Of a DNA stretch of 46,703 nt, positions 15,426 to 25,538 are shown piece after piece. The stretch is taken from the NCBI GenBank assembly GCA_002506485.1, contig DAXQ01000090.1, positions 4,135 to 50,837 on the forward strand, given 5' to 3'. The first letter of the stretch is position 1. Every line of letters starts with the position of its first letter. The DNA is from Euryarchaeota archaeon UBA136. Lineage in GTDB: Archaea > Thermoplasmatota > Poseidoniia > MGIII > CG-Epi1. Below the pieces are notes generated by a model, which was given only the letters and a program-made list of their open reading frames with translations, made no database searches and was not told the DNA's origin. The translations under genes were made by a program, and so were the position numbers.

Positions 15426-16652
15426 ATGAATCCGGCTTCAGTTATTTGCCGTGGAGGAAATCTGGAAGTGCCCAATAATCCCATAATTCCAGTAATTATA
15501 GGGGATGGCATAGGTCAGGATGTTAGTCCAGTAGCAATCAAGGTGTTGGATGCTGCCGTCCGGAAGGCTTATGGTAATGATAGAAAGATTTCCTGGAAAC
15601 AGATCCTGGCTGGGGAAGAGGCGTTCAAACAGACAGGTGAATGGTTGCCTGACGAGACGTTAAATTCCATCAGGGAGCACTTGGTTTCGATAAAGGGCCC
15701 ATTGACAACCCCGGTTGGTGGTGGTTTTAGGAGTCTTAATGTTACATTAAGGCAGCGTTTGGATTTGTTCGCATGTGTCCGTCCGATTCGCTGGTTCAAA
15801 GGTGTCCCAAGTCCTGTTAAGGAACCGGCTAAAGTGGATATGATAATATTCAGGGAGAATACAGAAGACATCTATGCAGGTGTCGAGTGGAAAGCTAACA
15901 GTGATGAAGTCAAGAAAGTAATTGAATTTCTTAAAAACGAGATGGGTGTTTCTAAGATCCGTTTTCCAGATACAAGTGCGATAGGTATCAAACCCGTTTC
16001 TAGTGAGGGTACCAAGAGACTTGTTCGTGCGGCCATTAGATATTCCATTTCAAATTCCAAGAAATCTGTGACTTTGGTTCATAAGGGGAATATAATGAAG
16101 TTCACCGAGGGTGGATTCCGAGATTGGGGATACGAACTTGTACGTGAAGAATTTGGAGCTCAGCCTATTGACGGCGGTCCATGGCACAGCTTCAAGAATC
16201 CTGAGAATGGAGATCAGATAATAATCAAGGATGTGATTGCTGATGCAATGCTACAGCAACTCCTCACCCGCCCTTCTGAGTATGATGTTATTGCTACCCT
16301 GAATCTGAATGGGGATTATATTTCGGATGCCCTTGCAGCCCAGGTTGGTGGAATCGGCATCGCTCCCGGTGCGAACATAAATTATGATACAGGACACGCA
16401 TTGTTTGAGGCAACACATGGTACTGCACCCAAATATGCAGGTCAGGACAAGGTCAATCCCGGGTCAGTGATTCTATCAGGTGAGATGATGCTTCGCTATA
16501 TGGGATGGACAGAGGCTGCAGATCTTATTGTAGAAGGAATGCAGAAGACTATAGGGGCTAAGACCGTCACTTATGACTTTGAGAGGCTAATGGATGGTGC
16601 TAAATTGCTAAAATGTAGTGAATTTGGTGATGCCATCATAGATAATCTGTGA
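15426..16652 (+). CDS. icd: NADP-dependent isocitrate dehydrogenase
   Basis: [21 protein letters not shown] matches E. coli Icd [21 protein letters not shown]. Also [16 protein letters not shown] and [10 protein letters not shown]. The track start 15345 is rejected; ATG 15426 gives 408 aa. Confidence 0.93.
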   Translation: MNPASVICRGGNLEVPNNPIIPVIIGDGIGQDVSPVAIKVLDAAVRKAYGNDRKISWKQILAGEEAFKQTGEWLPDETLNSIREHLVSIKGPLTTPVGGGFRSLNVTLRQRLDLFACVRPIRWFKGVPSPVKEPAKVDMIIFRENTEDIYAGVEWKANSDEVKKVIEFLKNEMGVSKIRFPDTSAIGIKPVSSEGTKRLVRAAIRYSISNSKKSVTLVHKGNIMKFTEGGFRDWGYELVREEFGAQPIDGGPWHSFKNPENGDQIIIKDVIADAMLQQLLTRPSEYDVIATLNLNGDYISDALAAQVGGIGIAPGANINYDTGHALFEATHGTAPKYAGQDKVNPGSVILSGEMMLRYMGWTEAADLIVEGMQKTIGAKTVTYDFERLMDGAKLLKCSEFGDAIIDNL

Positions 16653-17617
16653 ATCTTCAGGATATACCTACAATTGCTACAGCAGAAGAACTTGTAGATA
16701 GAGCCCTGAGAAGAGCCTCAAAGGTTGAAGAAAGCGTCAGAAATGCAGATTACCGGGCAAGATTAACAGCAGTAAGGAAGATACATTCGGTTGCTGATAA
16801 TATTGCAAATCCGTTGCATTCTTATGTTAAAGCCTTTCCTTCATTTGATAACATCCATTCTTTTGATAGATCAATTATAGATTTGACAGTAGGTGTGGAT
16901 AAACTGAGAAAGGCTTTGGGAGGGGTTGATTGGGCTCGTAAAGAAGTTTTGATGATTGCAACAAAGTATGTTCCTAAGGCTCGAGCCAGAAAAAGTGCTG
17001 ATAATACAATGAAGATTATGAGTGAAGCTTATGCTAAAATGACAAATGTTGTAAGGCAAGTAGAGAAAAACCTCAATTTTCTGATTTCAGCTCGTTCTAT
17101 ATTCCGTAACCTTCCTAATGTAGACACTGAAAAGCCATTGGCAGTATTTGCAGGAGCTCCAAATGTTGGCAAATCCAGCCTGATTAGAGCCGTTTCTTCT
17201 GGAAAACCAGAAGTTAAAAGTTATCCTTTTACTACAAAAGGTGTTTCTTTAGGGCACATAAAGGCCAAGTATGATGTAATTCAGGTTATGGATACTCCCG
17301 GATTATTAGATAGGCCAGATTCAGATCGCAATGATATGGAAAAGCAGGGTATAGCAGCACTCGATCATTTGGAGCCAATAATAGTTTTCCTTACTGATTT
17401 GTCTGGAACTTCAGGTTATTCTATTGAGATACAGAAAGCCCTGCATGATGAATTGAAAACTCGTTATTCTAAATATAATTGGTTAGATGTATATAGTAAA
17501 TCTGATTTAGAACCCGAATTCTCGTTGGACTACCCAAATTCTATTTCTGTCTCGGTTATGGATTCTACAGGTATTGAGGATTTAGAGTCAGAATTAGTTA
17601 GAATTTGCAAACAGTAA
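16649..17617 (+). CDS. Nog1-family (NOG1 N-terminal domain) GTP-binding protein
   Basis: G1 [10 protein letters not shown]3 DTPGLLDR, G4 SKSD, preceded by a helical Nog1-type N-domain of about 150 aa. GTG start overlaps the icd stop (GTGA). Confidence 0.8.
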   Translation: MNLQDIPTIATAEELVDRALRRASKVEESVRNADYRARLTAVRKIHSVADNIANPLHSYVKAFPSFDNIHSFDRSIIDLTVGVDKLRKALGGVDWARKEVLMIATKYVPKARARKSADNTMKIMSEAYAKMTNVVRQVEKNLNFLISARSIFRNLPNVDTEKPLAVFAGAPNVGKSSLIRAVSSGKPEVKSYPFTTKGVSLGHIKAKYDVIQVMDTPGLLDRPDSDRNDMEKQGIAALDHLEPIIVFLTDLSGTSGYSIEIQKALHDELKTRYSKYNWLDVYSKSDLEPEFSLDYPNSISVSVMDSTGIEDLESELVRICKQ

Positions 17618-19051
17618 TTATTCTTTAACTTGCATATTGTGAGTATTACCCACTATCTGTTGTGTATAAGTTGACATCAATTCAATAACGGCCTTGTTTC
17701 TGAATTCTTCAAGATTCATACATCCGGTATTACTCAATGCAGCTTTAATTTTCCTTATATCCTGTTTAAGTTTTGGTTTCAATCTTCCCCAATTCTCTAC
17801 AGTTCCTTCCTCACCTTCAGCAAAGAAAGTTTTTCTTGCAACATGACCGTATCTATCCAAATTTCTAGCTCTTGCAGATCCCTCACCCCAAGTTGCAACA
17901 TATTTGATATCTGGTTCATGGTTTGTTACTTGCATATTTTCGTCTAATTTCTCTCCTTCAGCCTCAAAAAAATGATTGAAATATCCTCCCATCATTACAA
18001 CATCTGCTACTGTTAGTGCTATAATCATATCACCTGCAGCTGAAACTCCCCCATCAATTACTAGTGGAACATATTTTCCAGTATCTTTTTGAAAATCAGT
18101 TCTAGCTCTTGCAGCATTTAGCAGCGCAGTCATGGGAGCCCTTCCCGTAGCTTTTTCGCGTTGAGTGGTACAAATCGAACCAGAAGACATTCCTATCTTC
18201 ACTAAATCTGCTCCATTTTCCATTAGATATTTAGCACCGTCATAAGTTATGATATTACCAACACAAATAGGTATAGAATCATTCATTTCCTTGAATTCTT
18301 TGATAACCTTCATTGTAAATTCATTAAAAGCATCAGAGGTATCTACTACAATCATATCTGCTCCAGCATCTATGCATGATTTAGCTCGATTCTTCCATCC
18401 TTTGTGTGTCGAAATTGCAGCACCCACTGCTATGTTTTCTACATCTTTTCTAAATGCAATTTTTACTAATCTTCCCAATTCATCTAAGACTACCAAATAA
18501 TTCTTTTCGGTTAATTCACTTTTTGCTTCGTCTAAACTAATATTAGGATTCTTAGAGCATGGTAAATCTTTAGGTTCAATCATTATAGTAGTAACAGATT
18601 CACCAGGTGTTGCATTAGCTTCTAAATATTTATCAAAACTGAATAATCCTAGAAATACGTTATTCCTGTCTGCTATAGGAACTTTTGAATGCCCATGCTT
18701 CTCAACAAGTCTAACAACTTCATCAATAGTGGCAGTTTCCCTAACAGCAATAGGATCCTCCACAAACCCCATTTCATATCCTTTTATTTTTTCAATAATT
18801 TCTACTTGTTCTTTAATGGATAATCTTGCTGGAAGAACACCAATTCCTCCTTCTTTACCTAATGATAAGGCCATTTCATAACCAGTGACTGAAGTCATTG
18901 CAGCACTCATAAATGGTAGTCGTAATTTCATGCCTCCTAGGCTACTACCCAGACTTATTTTTTGCAGAGTACAATCTTTAGAAGTAAAATTTGTTAGCAG
19001 ACTAAATTCGCTGAAAGTTTTGCCTGCTTCTAAAATAACTCTATCTGCCAT
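17618..19051 (-). CDS. guaB: IMP dehydrogenase family protein with a CBS pair (divergent active-site loop)
   Basis: PFMSAAMTSV, KEGGIGVL, catalytic-Cys loop GMSSGSICTTQ, and a CBS-like insert (residues ~95-200). 477 aa. Confidence 0.72.
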   Translation of the reverse strand: MADRVILEAGKTFSEFSLLTNFTSKDCTLQKISLGSSLGGMKLRLPFMSAAMTSVTGYEMALSLGKEGGIGVLPARLSIKEQVEIIEKIKGYEMGFVEDPIAVRETATIDEVVRLVEKHGHSKVPIADRNNVFLGLFSFDKYLEANATPGESVTTIMIEPKDLPCSKNPNISLDEAKSELTEKNYLVVLDELGRLVKIAFRKDVENIAVGAAISTHKGWKNRAKSCIDAGADMIVVDTSDAFNEFTMKVIKEFKEMNDSIPICVGNIITYDGAKYLMENGADLVKIGMSSGSICTTQREKATGRAPMTALLNAARARTDFQKDTGKYVPLVIDGGVSAAGDMIIALTVADVVMMGGYFNHFFEAEGEKLDENMQVTNHEPDIKYVATWGEGSARARNLDRYGHVARKTFFAEGEEGTVENWGRLKPKLKQDIRKIKAALSNTGCMNLEEFRNKAVIELMSTYTQQIVGNTHNMQVKE

Positions 19052-19085
19052 TTTAAGTCATAACAGATAAGTTTATTAAATTTGC

Positions 19086-20135
19086 TCAGTTATTCTCGTG
19101 GATGGTATATATTTCATTAGTTGTTATAGTAACTCTAACAAATGTAGTACATTTTGGTAGGTCTTTAATCCTTCTTGCACCAACGTAGGAGCAAGCCGAT
19201 CGTATTCCTCCCAAAATAGATTGAACTGTGATTTCTACAGGACCTCTATATGGAACCTCAACTTCTTTTCCTTCTGGAGCCCTATGTTTTGCAACTTCAC
19301 CAAAATAAGTTTTCATTGCTTTTGCTGAACTCATTCCATAGAAAGATTTGTATTGCTTTCCATTTTCCTTAGTTTTTAGTTCACCACCAGATTCATCGTG
19401 ACCTGCAAACATACCTCCCAACATCACAAAATCTGCACCTGCGGCGAAAGCCTTTGCAACATCTCCTGGAGAATTACATCCCCCATCGGACATAACATGC
19501 CCTCCAAGGCCGTGGGCAGCATCTGCACACTCTGATATCGCTGAAAGCTGAGGATATCCTACTCCTGCAACTTTCCTTGTGGTACAGACAGAACCGGGCC
19601 CAATTCCAACCTTGACTATGTCAGCTCCAGCAAGGATAAGGGCTTCTGACATTTCTCTAGTAGCAATATTACCAGCGATGATGATTTTATCCTTGAATTG
19701 TTTGCGAACCTTTCCGACAAATTGCAAGAAGTCTTCCCGATAACCGTTTGCAACATCCAGACAAATGAATTTTAGTCCATTGTCAAGCTTCATTTTTCTC
19801 TTTAATAGTTCAAGACTTTCATCGGTGGAACCTGAGGTTATGGCGATGTTATCAGGGTCCATTCCTTTTTCTAGAGCGGATTTAATTTCTTTGACTGAAT
19901 AGAATTTCTGAAGACATGTAAGCATTTCATTCTTTTGAAGAGCCTTTGCCATTTCAAAAGTTCCAGTAGTATCCATATTAGCGGCAACAACAGGTACTCC
20001 TTTCCATTCCATTTTAGTGTGCCTGAATTTAAATTCTCTAATGAGTGTCACATCAGATCTTGACTTCAGAGTACTTCTCTTCGGTCTTATCAGTACATCA
20101 CGAAAGGTTAGCTTTAGGTCGTCATCTATGCGCAT
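19086..20135 (-). CDS. guaC: GMP reductase (bacterial GuaC type)
   Basis: N-terminus [29 protein letters not shown] is nearly identical to E. coli Gua[30 protein letters not shown]. Also [11 protein letters not shown]. 349 aa versus 347 aa in E. coli. Confidence 0.9.
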   Translation of the reverse strand: MRIDDDLKLTFRDVLIRPKRSTLKSRSDVTLIREFKFRHTKMEWKGVPVVAANMDTTGTFEMAKALQKNEMLTCLQKFYSVKEIKSALEKGMDPDNIAITSGSTDESLELLKRKMKLDNGLKFICLDVANGYREDFLQFVGKVRKQFKDKIIIAGNIATREMSEALILAGADIVKVGIGPGSVCTTRKVAGVGYPQLSAISECADAAHGLGGHVMSDGGCNSPGDVAKAFAAGADFVMLGGMFAGHDESGGELKTKENGKQYKSFYGMSSAKAMKTYFGEVAKHRAPEGKEVEVPYRGPVEITVQSILGGIRSACSYVGARRIKDLPKCTTFVRVTITTNEIYTIHENN

Positions 20136-20183
20136 CGTTTGCCCCTATCTCGCCTGCTTGGTCTCTATTAAATGATTTGCTTC

Positions 20184-20702
20184 TCAGTCTATGTCTTCAG
20201 GTTCCATGACCATAACATCTTTCAGGTTCCTATACTTCTCATTATAATCCAATCCATACCCTACTACAAATTCGGGAGGTATCTCAAAACCAACATAGTC
20301 TATCTCAAAATCCAATTTGGCTACCGTTTTTTTGTAAAGTATTGAGGCTACAGACACGGATTTTGGTCCAGCCTCTTTGAGTCTGTTGACAAGAAAATTA
20401 ATGGTAAAACCGGAATCAATAATATCTTCTACAATGATTATATGTCTGTCATCTATATCTGCTGAAATATCCTTCCTAAATTTTATTGTCCCTGTTGATG
20501 AATCATCTTCATAACTTCGGATCTTGACAAAATCAACTTCAGTGCTTATGCTTAGCTCTCTAAGAAGATCGGCCATGAATACATAACATCCATTTAAAAT
20601 TCCAATAAATATAGGTGATTTATTTTTGTAATCCTTGGAGATGGTATCAGCTAATTCCTTTACCCGTTTTTTTATCTCAGATTCTGAAAGTAGTAATTTC
20701 AT
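20184..20702 (-). CDS. hpt: Hypoxanthine(-guanine) phosphoribosyltransferase (bacterial type)
   Basis: PRPP loop IIIVEDIIDSGFT, FMADLLRE, and PEFVVGYGLDYNEKYRNL, matching E. coli Hpt DEFVVGYGIDYAQRYRHL. Confidence 0.9.
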   Translation of the reverse strand: MKLLLSESEIKKRVKELADTISKDYKNKSPIFIGILNGCYVFMADLLRELSISTEVDFVKIRSYEDDSSTGTIKFRKDISADIDDRHIIIVEDIIDSGFTINFLVNRLKEAGPKSVSVASILYKKTVAKLDFEIDYVGFEIPPEFVVGYGLDYNEKYRNLKDVMVMEPEDID

Positions 20703-20705
20703 GTC

Positions 20706-21239
20706 TTAGTATTGCACTAAGGAATGAACGTTATATTGATTTAGTCTTTTTCTCCCATTTAATCCTTCAAGTTCGATTAATAGACTAAGTCCCTTGATAT
20801 TTCCACCTAATTTTGATACTAGTTTGCATGTAGCCTCAGCGGTACCCCCAGTTGCAAGCAAATCATCCACAATAAGGACGTTTTGCCCTTCTGTAATAGC
20901 ATCTTCATGTATTTCTAAAGCATCAGTTCCGTATTCTAGCTCATAAGATACGCTCTCCGTTTTCCAAGGCAGCTTTCCTGGTTTTCTGACTGGAACAAAA
21001 CTGCAATTCAAAACATCTGCGATTGGGGCTCCAAATATGAATCCCCTCGATTCGATGCCGACGACAACATCGATTTCGAGATCCATAAACGGGGCCGCCA
21101 TTTCCTTCACCGATGCCCGCAGGGTGTCGATGTCCGATAGGACTGGCGTAATATCCTTGAACAATATGCCTTTTTTTGGGAAGTCAGGCACATCTCTTAT
21201 CCTATCAGCGATACTATCTACACTATCTTTGGATTCCAT
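20706..21239 (-). CDS. apt: Adenine phosphoribosyltransferase
   Basis: [62 protein letters not shown]. Colinear with E. coli Apt. Confidence 0.92.
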   Translation of the reverse strand: MESKDSVDSIADRIRDVPDFPKKGILFKDITPVLSDIDTLRASVKEMAAPFMDLEIDVVVGIESRGFIFGAPIADVLNCSFVPVRKPGKLPWKTESVSYELEYGTDALEIHEDAITEGQNVLIVDDLLATGGTAEATCKLVSKLGGNIKGLSLLIELEGLNGRKRLNQYNVHSLVQY

Positions 21240-21260
21240 GACCTAGGTATTTGGTGTGTT

Positions 21261-21286
21261 CCCCTGAGCCCTTTCAGACTCAGGGG
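21261..21286 (-). other. Stem-loop (CCCCTGAG-10 nt-CTCAGGGG) between the permease stop and the apt start
   Basis: Perfect 8-bp inverted repeat in the 64-nt spacer. No following U-tract on the transcribed (minus) strand, so it is not a canonical terminator. Confidence 0.35.
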
Positions 21287-21303
21287 GGAGTTTCATATTT
21301 TAT

Positions 21304-22806
21304 CTAAAATATGAAAGACAGTAGCCAATCAAAGGTCGATTGGTCACCAGGTCCGACGTAGAACATCAGCATTAGAACCGCAAGCACATTTACAACTGGG
21401 TTCAATTTGTCCATTTTGCCCATTCCTATCTTGATTGCTACGTAAGAGATCAGACCCCATGCGATTCCGTCTGCAATAGAATAGGTGAAAGGCATCAATA
21501 CCATTGTTATGAATGCAGGAATGGCCAACTCTTTGTCATTCCAGTTGATGTCCGCAGCCTGTTTCATCATCATAGCGCCTACAATTACTAGTGCTGGGGC
21601 TACAGCAAATGTAGGTATCTGTGTGAAAAGGCCTGCAAATAAAAGTCCTGACAGCATCAATACACCTACAACTACAGCAACTAATCCGGTTTTACCACCT
21701 TCTTCAACACCAGCTCCAGATTCAATGTATGTGGTTGTGGTACTAGTTCCCATCGCAGCTCCAACCATGGTAGCAGCTGCATCAGACATGAATGCTTCAT
21801 CAGAGTCTTGTAATTCATCATTTTCATCAACAAATCCACCTTGTCTTCCCACAGAGTATAGAGTTCCTGCTGTATCAAATATATCTACAAAGAGGAAGGC
21901 AATCATCACTAAGATAAAATCGCCCATATTATCTCCAGACAAGTCCCCAAGTGCGCCGAAAGCAGCGAACATGGATTCTTCAGGCATTTTAGCAACTTCA
22001 AACAAGCTACTCGTGTCAAGGTTATCCATTGAACCAACAGCAACAGCTTCAACACCGTTGTATGGATCAGAAGCTCCCATTATCCAGCCACCAATGATAG
22101 TTGTACCTAATATTCCATAAATCATGGCTCCTTGAATTCCTCTTGCCATCATGACTGCTATTGCTATAAGACAGATCAGCGCCCATAATTCACCAGACTG
22201 ATGGGTGAAACTTTCAGTTGTAGCTAAGTTGACTAAAGTAGCAAAATCATCTTGAATCCAGCCCATTTCCCTGAATCCGATAATTGCTAAGAACATTCCA
22301 ATACCAGCTCCTGTAGCAATCTTCAGATCCTTTGGTATTGCATTGATCATTTCTGTTCTCCATCCTACCTGAGGCAAGGATAGTATCATGAAGATTACAC
22401 CTTCAACCAGAACGGCCGCAAGAGCAACTTCCCAAGCAATCCCCATACCTAGAACTACTGCAAAAGTAAAGTAAGCATTGAGACCCATTCCAGGAGCCAA
22501 TGCGAATGGTTTATTCGCCCATAGACCCATAACAACACATCCAACAAAGGCTGCTACAGCCGTTGCAACTAATGCGTCATTAAAGGGAATCCCTGAGATA
22601 GAGAGCATGTCAGGGTTAACAAACAAAATGTATGCCATTGTCAGGAACGTTGTAATTCCAGCCCTTATCTCGGTCTCTACCGTGCTTCCAGCTTTTGTGA
22701 TTCCAAAGGTATCTTCTAGGAAATCTCCCGTTTCTGCCGCTGGGGCAGGCGGGGCATCCATTCCAGAACCTTCGTCACCACCATTTTCCATATAGTCGTC
22801 ACTCAT
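21304..22806 (-). CDS. NCS2/AzgA-family purine (adenine/guanine/hypoxanthine) permease
   Basis: Polytopic membrane protein of 500 aa with AzgA/PbuG-like segments (TEIRAGITTFLTMAYILFVNP, GLNAYFTF, TTTYIESGAGVEEGGKTGL). An acidic N-terminal tail of about 40 aa precedes the first helix. Confidence 0.85.
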   Translation of the reverse strand: MSDDYMENGGDEGSGMDAPPAPAAETGDFLEDTFGITKAGSTVETEIRAGITTFLTMAYILFVNPDMLSISGIPFNDALVATAVAAFVGCVVMGLWANKPFALAPGMGLNAYFTFAVVLGMGIAWEVALAAVLVEGVIFMILSLPQVGWRTEMINAIPKDLKIATGAGIGMFLAIIGFREMGWIQDDFATLVNLATTESFTHQSGELWALICLIAIAVMMARGIQGAMIYGILGTTIIGGWIMGASDPYNGVEAVAVGSMDNLDTSSLFEVAKMPEESMFAAFGALGDLSGDNMGDFILVMIAFLFVDIFDTAGTLYSVGRQGGFVDENDELQDSDEAFMSDAAATMVGAAMGTSTTTTYIESGAGVEEGGKTGLVAVVVGVLMLSGLLFAGLFTQIPTFAVAPALVIVGAMMMKQAADINWNDKELAIPAFITMVLMPFTYSIADGIAWGLISYVAIKIGMGKMDKLNPVVNVLAVLMLMFYVGPGDQSTFDWLLSFIF

Positions 22807-22892
22807 GGTTTTTACACCTAAAAAATTAGACGAGAGAATCGTTTATTAAGTGTATCGGGTGTTTTCCTTTTTAAAACAGATGTTTTTTTCGT

Positions 22893-23741
22893 CTATAAAT
22901 CACGTTTATTACAATCCGTTTGACTAAAAACCCTAATGCGTTTCTCATCGGCGTATTCCTTCCATTTTCTGTAATCTGCTTTTTTCATTCCCTTCCTGTG
23001 AAAATACAACCCCTCTGCATCACTTGCTTTAATTGCATCATCAAGAAGAGTTGGTGTTAATGAGGGAAGCCCATAATTTGCGACCATGTGTCCCAAACAC
23101 ATCTCATGTGAAAGCGCAGCTTCCGTGAATCTAGGCGTATAATGCCCTCCTCCAATACCCACTACAGCCACTCCTTCGGCAGGTTCAAGTTCCAACAGTG
23201 ATACTATCAAAGCTTTAGCAGGTTCTCTCAATTCCCATTGATCCTCTCCGGAACCTATTTCCAAGAACATGGTTGGCTTGTCTATCAAAGGTCCATGATG
23301 TGTAGTCTCAAAGCAGACATCGTATCCTGGTAATCTGTTTTTGTATATACTAAGTAATAATCCAGTCATCCATTGAGGTGAGGTTCCAGAGACTCTTTCT
23401 TCTTGACCTCCATAGTCGGCTTTACCCCAATTTCCGATTGGATGGACAGTAAGACTCGGTCTTCCGCTTGCGGCCTTGTGACGAGATAAGAAAACGATAT
23501 TCTCGACATTGATTCCAGTCTCTTCAACCCATTTACGATCTATACCCTCAGCATGGATATGCAATTTTTTTATGGTTATGAGTCTTGTTCCATTTAGACA
23601 AAAACTTCCATAATCATTTGAAAGATTCCATATTTTTCCTCCATCAAATTCTCCATCCTCTTCCCATTCTGCCATTTCCAGCAGCCTGTCTCTCAAGTTT
23701 ATTGAGGCTGTATCTGCCTCCGAAGCTATAATCAGGTTCAT
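22893..23741 (-). CDS. dtdA: D-aminoacyl-tRNA deacylase, archaeal DTD2 type
   Basis: N-terminus [20 protein letters not shown], length of about 280 aa and TTHHGP-type motif (FETTHHGP) are typical of PF04414-family DtdA. ATGA overlap with hutU. Confidence 0.78.
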   Translation of the reverse strand: MNLIIASEADTASINLRDRLLEMAEWEEDGEFDGGKIWNLSNDYGSFCLNGTRLITIKKLHIHAEGIDRKWVEETGINVENIVFLSRHKAASGRPSLTVHPIGNWGKADYGGQEERVSGTSPQWMTGLLLSIYKNRLPGYDVCFETTHHGPLIDKPTMFLEIGSGEDQWELREPAKALIVSLLELEPAEGVAVVGIGGGHYTPRFTEAALSHEMCLGHMVANYGLPSLTPTLLDDAIKASDAEGLYFHRKGMKKADYRKWKEYADEKRIRVFSQTDCNKRDL

Positions 23742-25390
23742 AGGCCTTCTACAATTCCAACTTTTACATCACGTTCTTTGGCCACTTTTCTTGCTTTTCT
23801 GTACCCTGCATCAACATGACGCATTATTCCAGTCCCTGGATCCGTAGTCAGTACCCTTTCCAATCTTTCTGCCGCCTCATCCGTTCCATCAGCTACGACG
23901 ACCATTCCTGCATGCAAGGAGTATCCCATACCTACTCCACCCCCATGATGGAAGCTTACCCAACTTGCCCCAGCTGCTGTATTTAGCAGGGCATTCAGGA
24001 TTGGCCAATCAGCTACTGCATCAGTTCCATCCTTCATTCCCTCAGTTTCACGATTGGGAGAGGCTACTGAACCTGCGTCCAAGTGGTCCCTTCCAATGAC
24101 GATCGGGGCTTTTACTTTTCCACTTTTGACTAATTCGTTGAAGGCCAAGCCAGCACGAGCCCGTTCTCCATACCCTAACCAGCAGATTCTGGCGGGCAAG
24201 CCCTGGAATTGAACTCTTTCTTGAGCCATATTGATCCATCTTGAAAGGCCCTTGTCCTCTGGAAACAGTTCCAGAATAATCTTGTCGGTTTCCGCAATGT
24301 CTTTGGGGTCTCCCGATAGTGCCGCCCATCGAAAAGGCCCTTTTCCTTCACAGAAGAGAGGCCTCACATAAGCAGGTACAAAACCTGGAAAGTCAAACGC
24401 ATTTTCGACGCCAGCTTCCTTTGCTCTGGCCCTGAGATTGTTACCATAGTCAAAAGTGTGGGCACCTTTGTCTTTCAATGCAAGCATAGCTCGTACATGT
24501 TTGGCCATGCTGCTGTAGCTTTTTTGGAGATACTTTTCTGGATTTTCTTCACGGAGCCTTCCCGCCTCCTCCAAACTTAATTCTTGGGGAATATAACCAA
24601 TCAAGGGGTCATGGGCGGAGGTCTGGTCGGTCAATAGGTCAGGAATTATATTCTTTTCAATCATCCGCTCTAGTAAATCCACTATGTTAGCGACAACAGC
24701 AATCGATTTTCCTGTTTTTGAATTCTTCCATTTCACTGCCGTATCTATGGCTTGATCGATATTGTCAGAGATTTCATCGCAATATCCCGTTTCAAGCCTT
24801 TTCTTTATTCTTTTTGGATCGATTTCAGCAGCAAGGAATGTCCCTCCATTCATAGTAGTTGCCAGAGGTTGTGCACCTCCCATTCCTCCTAATCCGCCAG
24901 TCACCACTAATTTCCCTTTCAGGTTTCCATCAAAGTGTTGTCTAGCTGCTTCAGCAAATGTTTCGTAGGTCCCTTGTAAAATTCCCTGAGAGCCAATGTA
25001 TATCCATGAACCAGCGGTCATTTGGCCAAACATCATTAATCCTTTCTTTTCGAGTTCATCAAAATGCTCCCAGGTGGCCCAATTCCCAACTAGGTTCGAA
25101 TTTGCCAGAAGAACCCTTGGTGCATTACTGTGCGTTTTGAACACACCGACTGGTTTTCCACTCTGGATTAATAGAGTCTCATCGTTTTCAAGAGCCTTGA
25201 GAGATTTAACAATGGCATGATAACATTCTTCATTTCTAGCGGCTTTGCCCCTGCCCCCATAAATTATCAATTCTTCAGGCTTTTCGGCAACATCAGGGTC
25301 AAGATTATTCATCAGCATCCTGAGGGCTGCTTCCTGCAACCATCCTTTACAACTAATCTTTGTTCCTCGAGGTGCCCGGATAGTCTCCAT
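23738..25390 (-). CDS. hutU: Urocanate hydratase
   Basis: IRAPRGT...[40 protein letters not shown] and [13 protein letters not shown] are urocanase hallmarks. 550 aa. Confidence 0.95.
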   Translation of the reverse strand: METIRAPRGTKISCKGWLQEAALRMLMNNLDPDVAEKPEELIIYGGRGKAARNEECYHAIVKSLKALENDETLLIQSGKPVGVFKTHSNAPRVLLANSNLVGNWATWEHFDELEKKGLMMFGQMTAGSWIYIGSQGILQGTYETFAEAARQHFDGNLKGKLVVTGGLGGMGGAQPLATTMNGGTFLAAEIDPKRIKKRLETGYCDEISDNIDQAIDTAVKWKNSKTGKSIAVVANIVDLLERMIEKNIIPDLLTDQTSAHDPLIGYIPQELSLEEAGRLREENPEKYLQKSYSSMAKHVRAMLALKDKGAHTFDYGNNLRARAKEAGVENAFDFPGFVPAYVRPLFCEGKGPFRWAALSGDPKDIAETDKIILELFPEDKGLSRWINMAQERVQFQGLPARICWLGYGERARAGLAFNELVKSGKVKAPIVIGRDHLDAGSVASPNRETEGMKDGTDAVADWPILNALLNTAAGASWVSFHHGGGVGMGYSLHAGMVVVADGTDEAAERLERVLTTDPGTGIMRHVDAGYRKARKVAKERDVKVGIVEGL

Positions 25391-25461
25391 GTTCTCTCAT
25401 ATAGTCTGTTTTAAACACATTTGCCCGAATATTTTAATAAAACCCTGTTATTTCGGAAATA

Positions 25462-25511
25462 GCTGCTCCCGGCGGACCCCCTCCCACCTCCCAACCCGTC
25501 GGTTGAGCGGC
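25462..25511 (-). terminator. GC-rich imperfect hairpin with an 18-nt G-rich loop (minus strand), 3' of sdhB
   Basis: Plus-strand gctgctc-ccggcgga-[ccccctcccacctcccaa]-cccgtcgg-tt-gagcggc. 13 of 15 stem positions pair. It is followed on the minus strand by TATTTCC. It lies 28 nt after the sdhB stop. Confidence 0.4.
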
Positions 25512-25538
25512 AACTATTTTTCGTAGGTATTCCTGTGA

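Noticed and set aside
14426-16652. Long track starts for proline dehydrogenase (15511) and icd (15345), which would overlap head-to-head by 167 nt
   Set aside because: Homologue N-termini and TATA boxes at -24 to -27 support ATG 15352 and ATG 15426. The same logic was applied to aIF-1A (2951 to 2879), the RHH gene (GTG 12414 to ATG 12363), sucC (GTG 33673 to ATG 33661) and sdhA (TTG 28084 to ATG 28069).
21485-22120. 211-aa plus-strand ORF antisense to the purine permease gene
   Set aside because: It lies entirely within a well-supported minus-strand membrane-protein gene. Its low-complexity Ala/Ser/Thr/Pro-rich translation is typical of a shadow ORF opposite a hydrophobic coding region. No TATA box or RBS is present.
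22807-22892. Possible purine riboswitch upstream of the purine permease
   Set aside because: The 86-nt leader region shows none of the conserved purine-riboswitch core (no three-way junction pattern or U/C discriminator context). It contains only a TATA-like box and an AGGTG SD. Riboswitches of this class are not expected in archaea.
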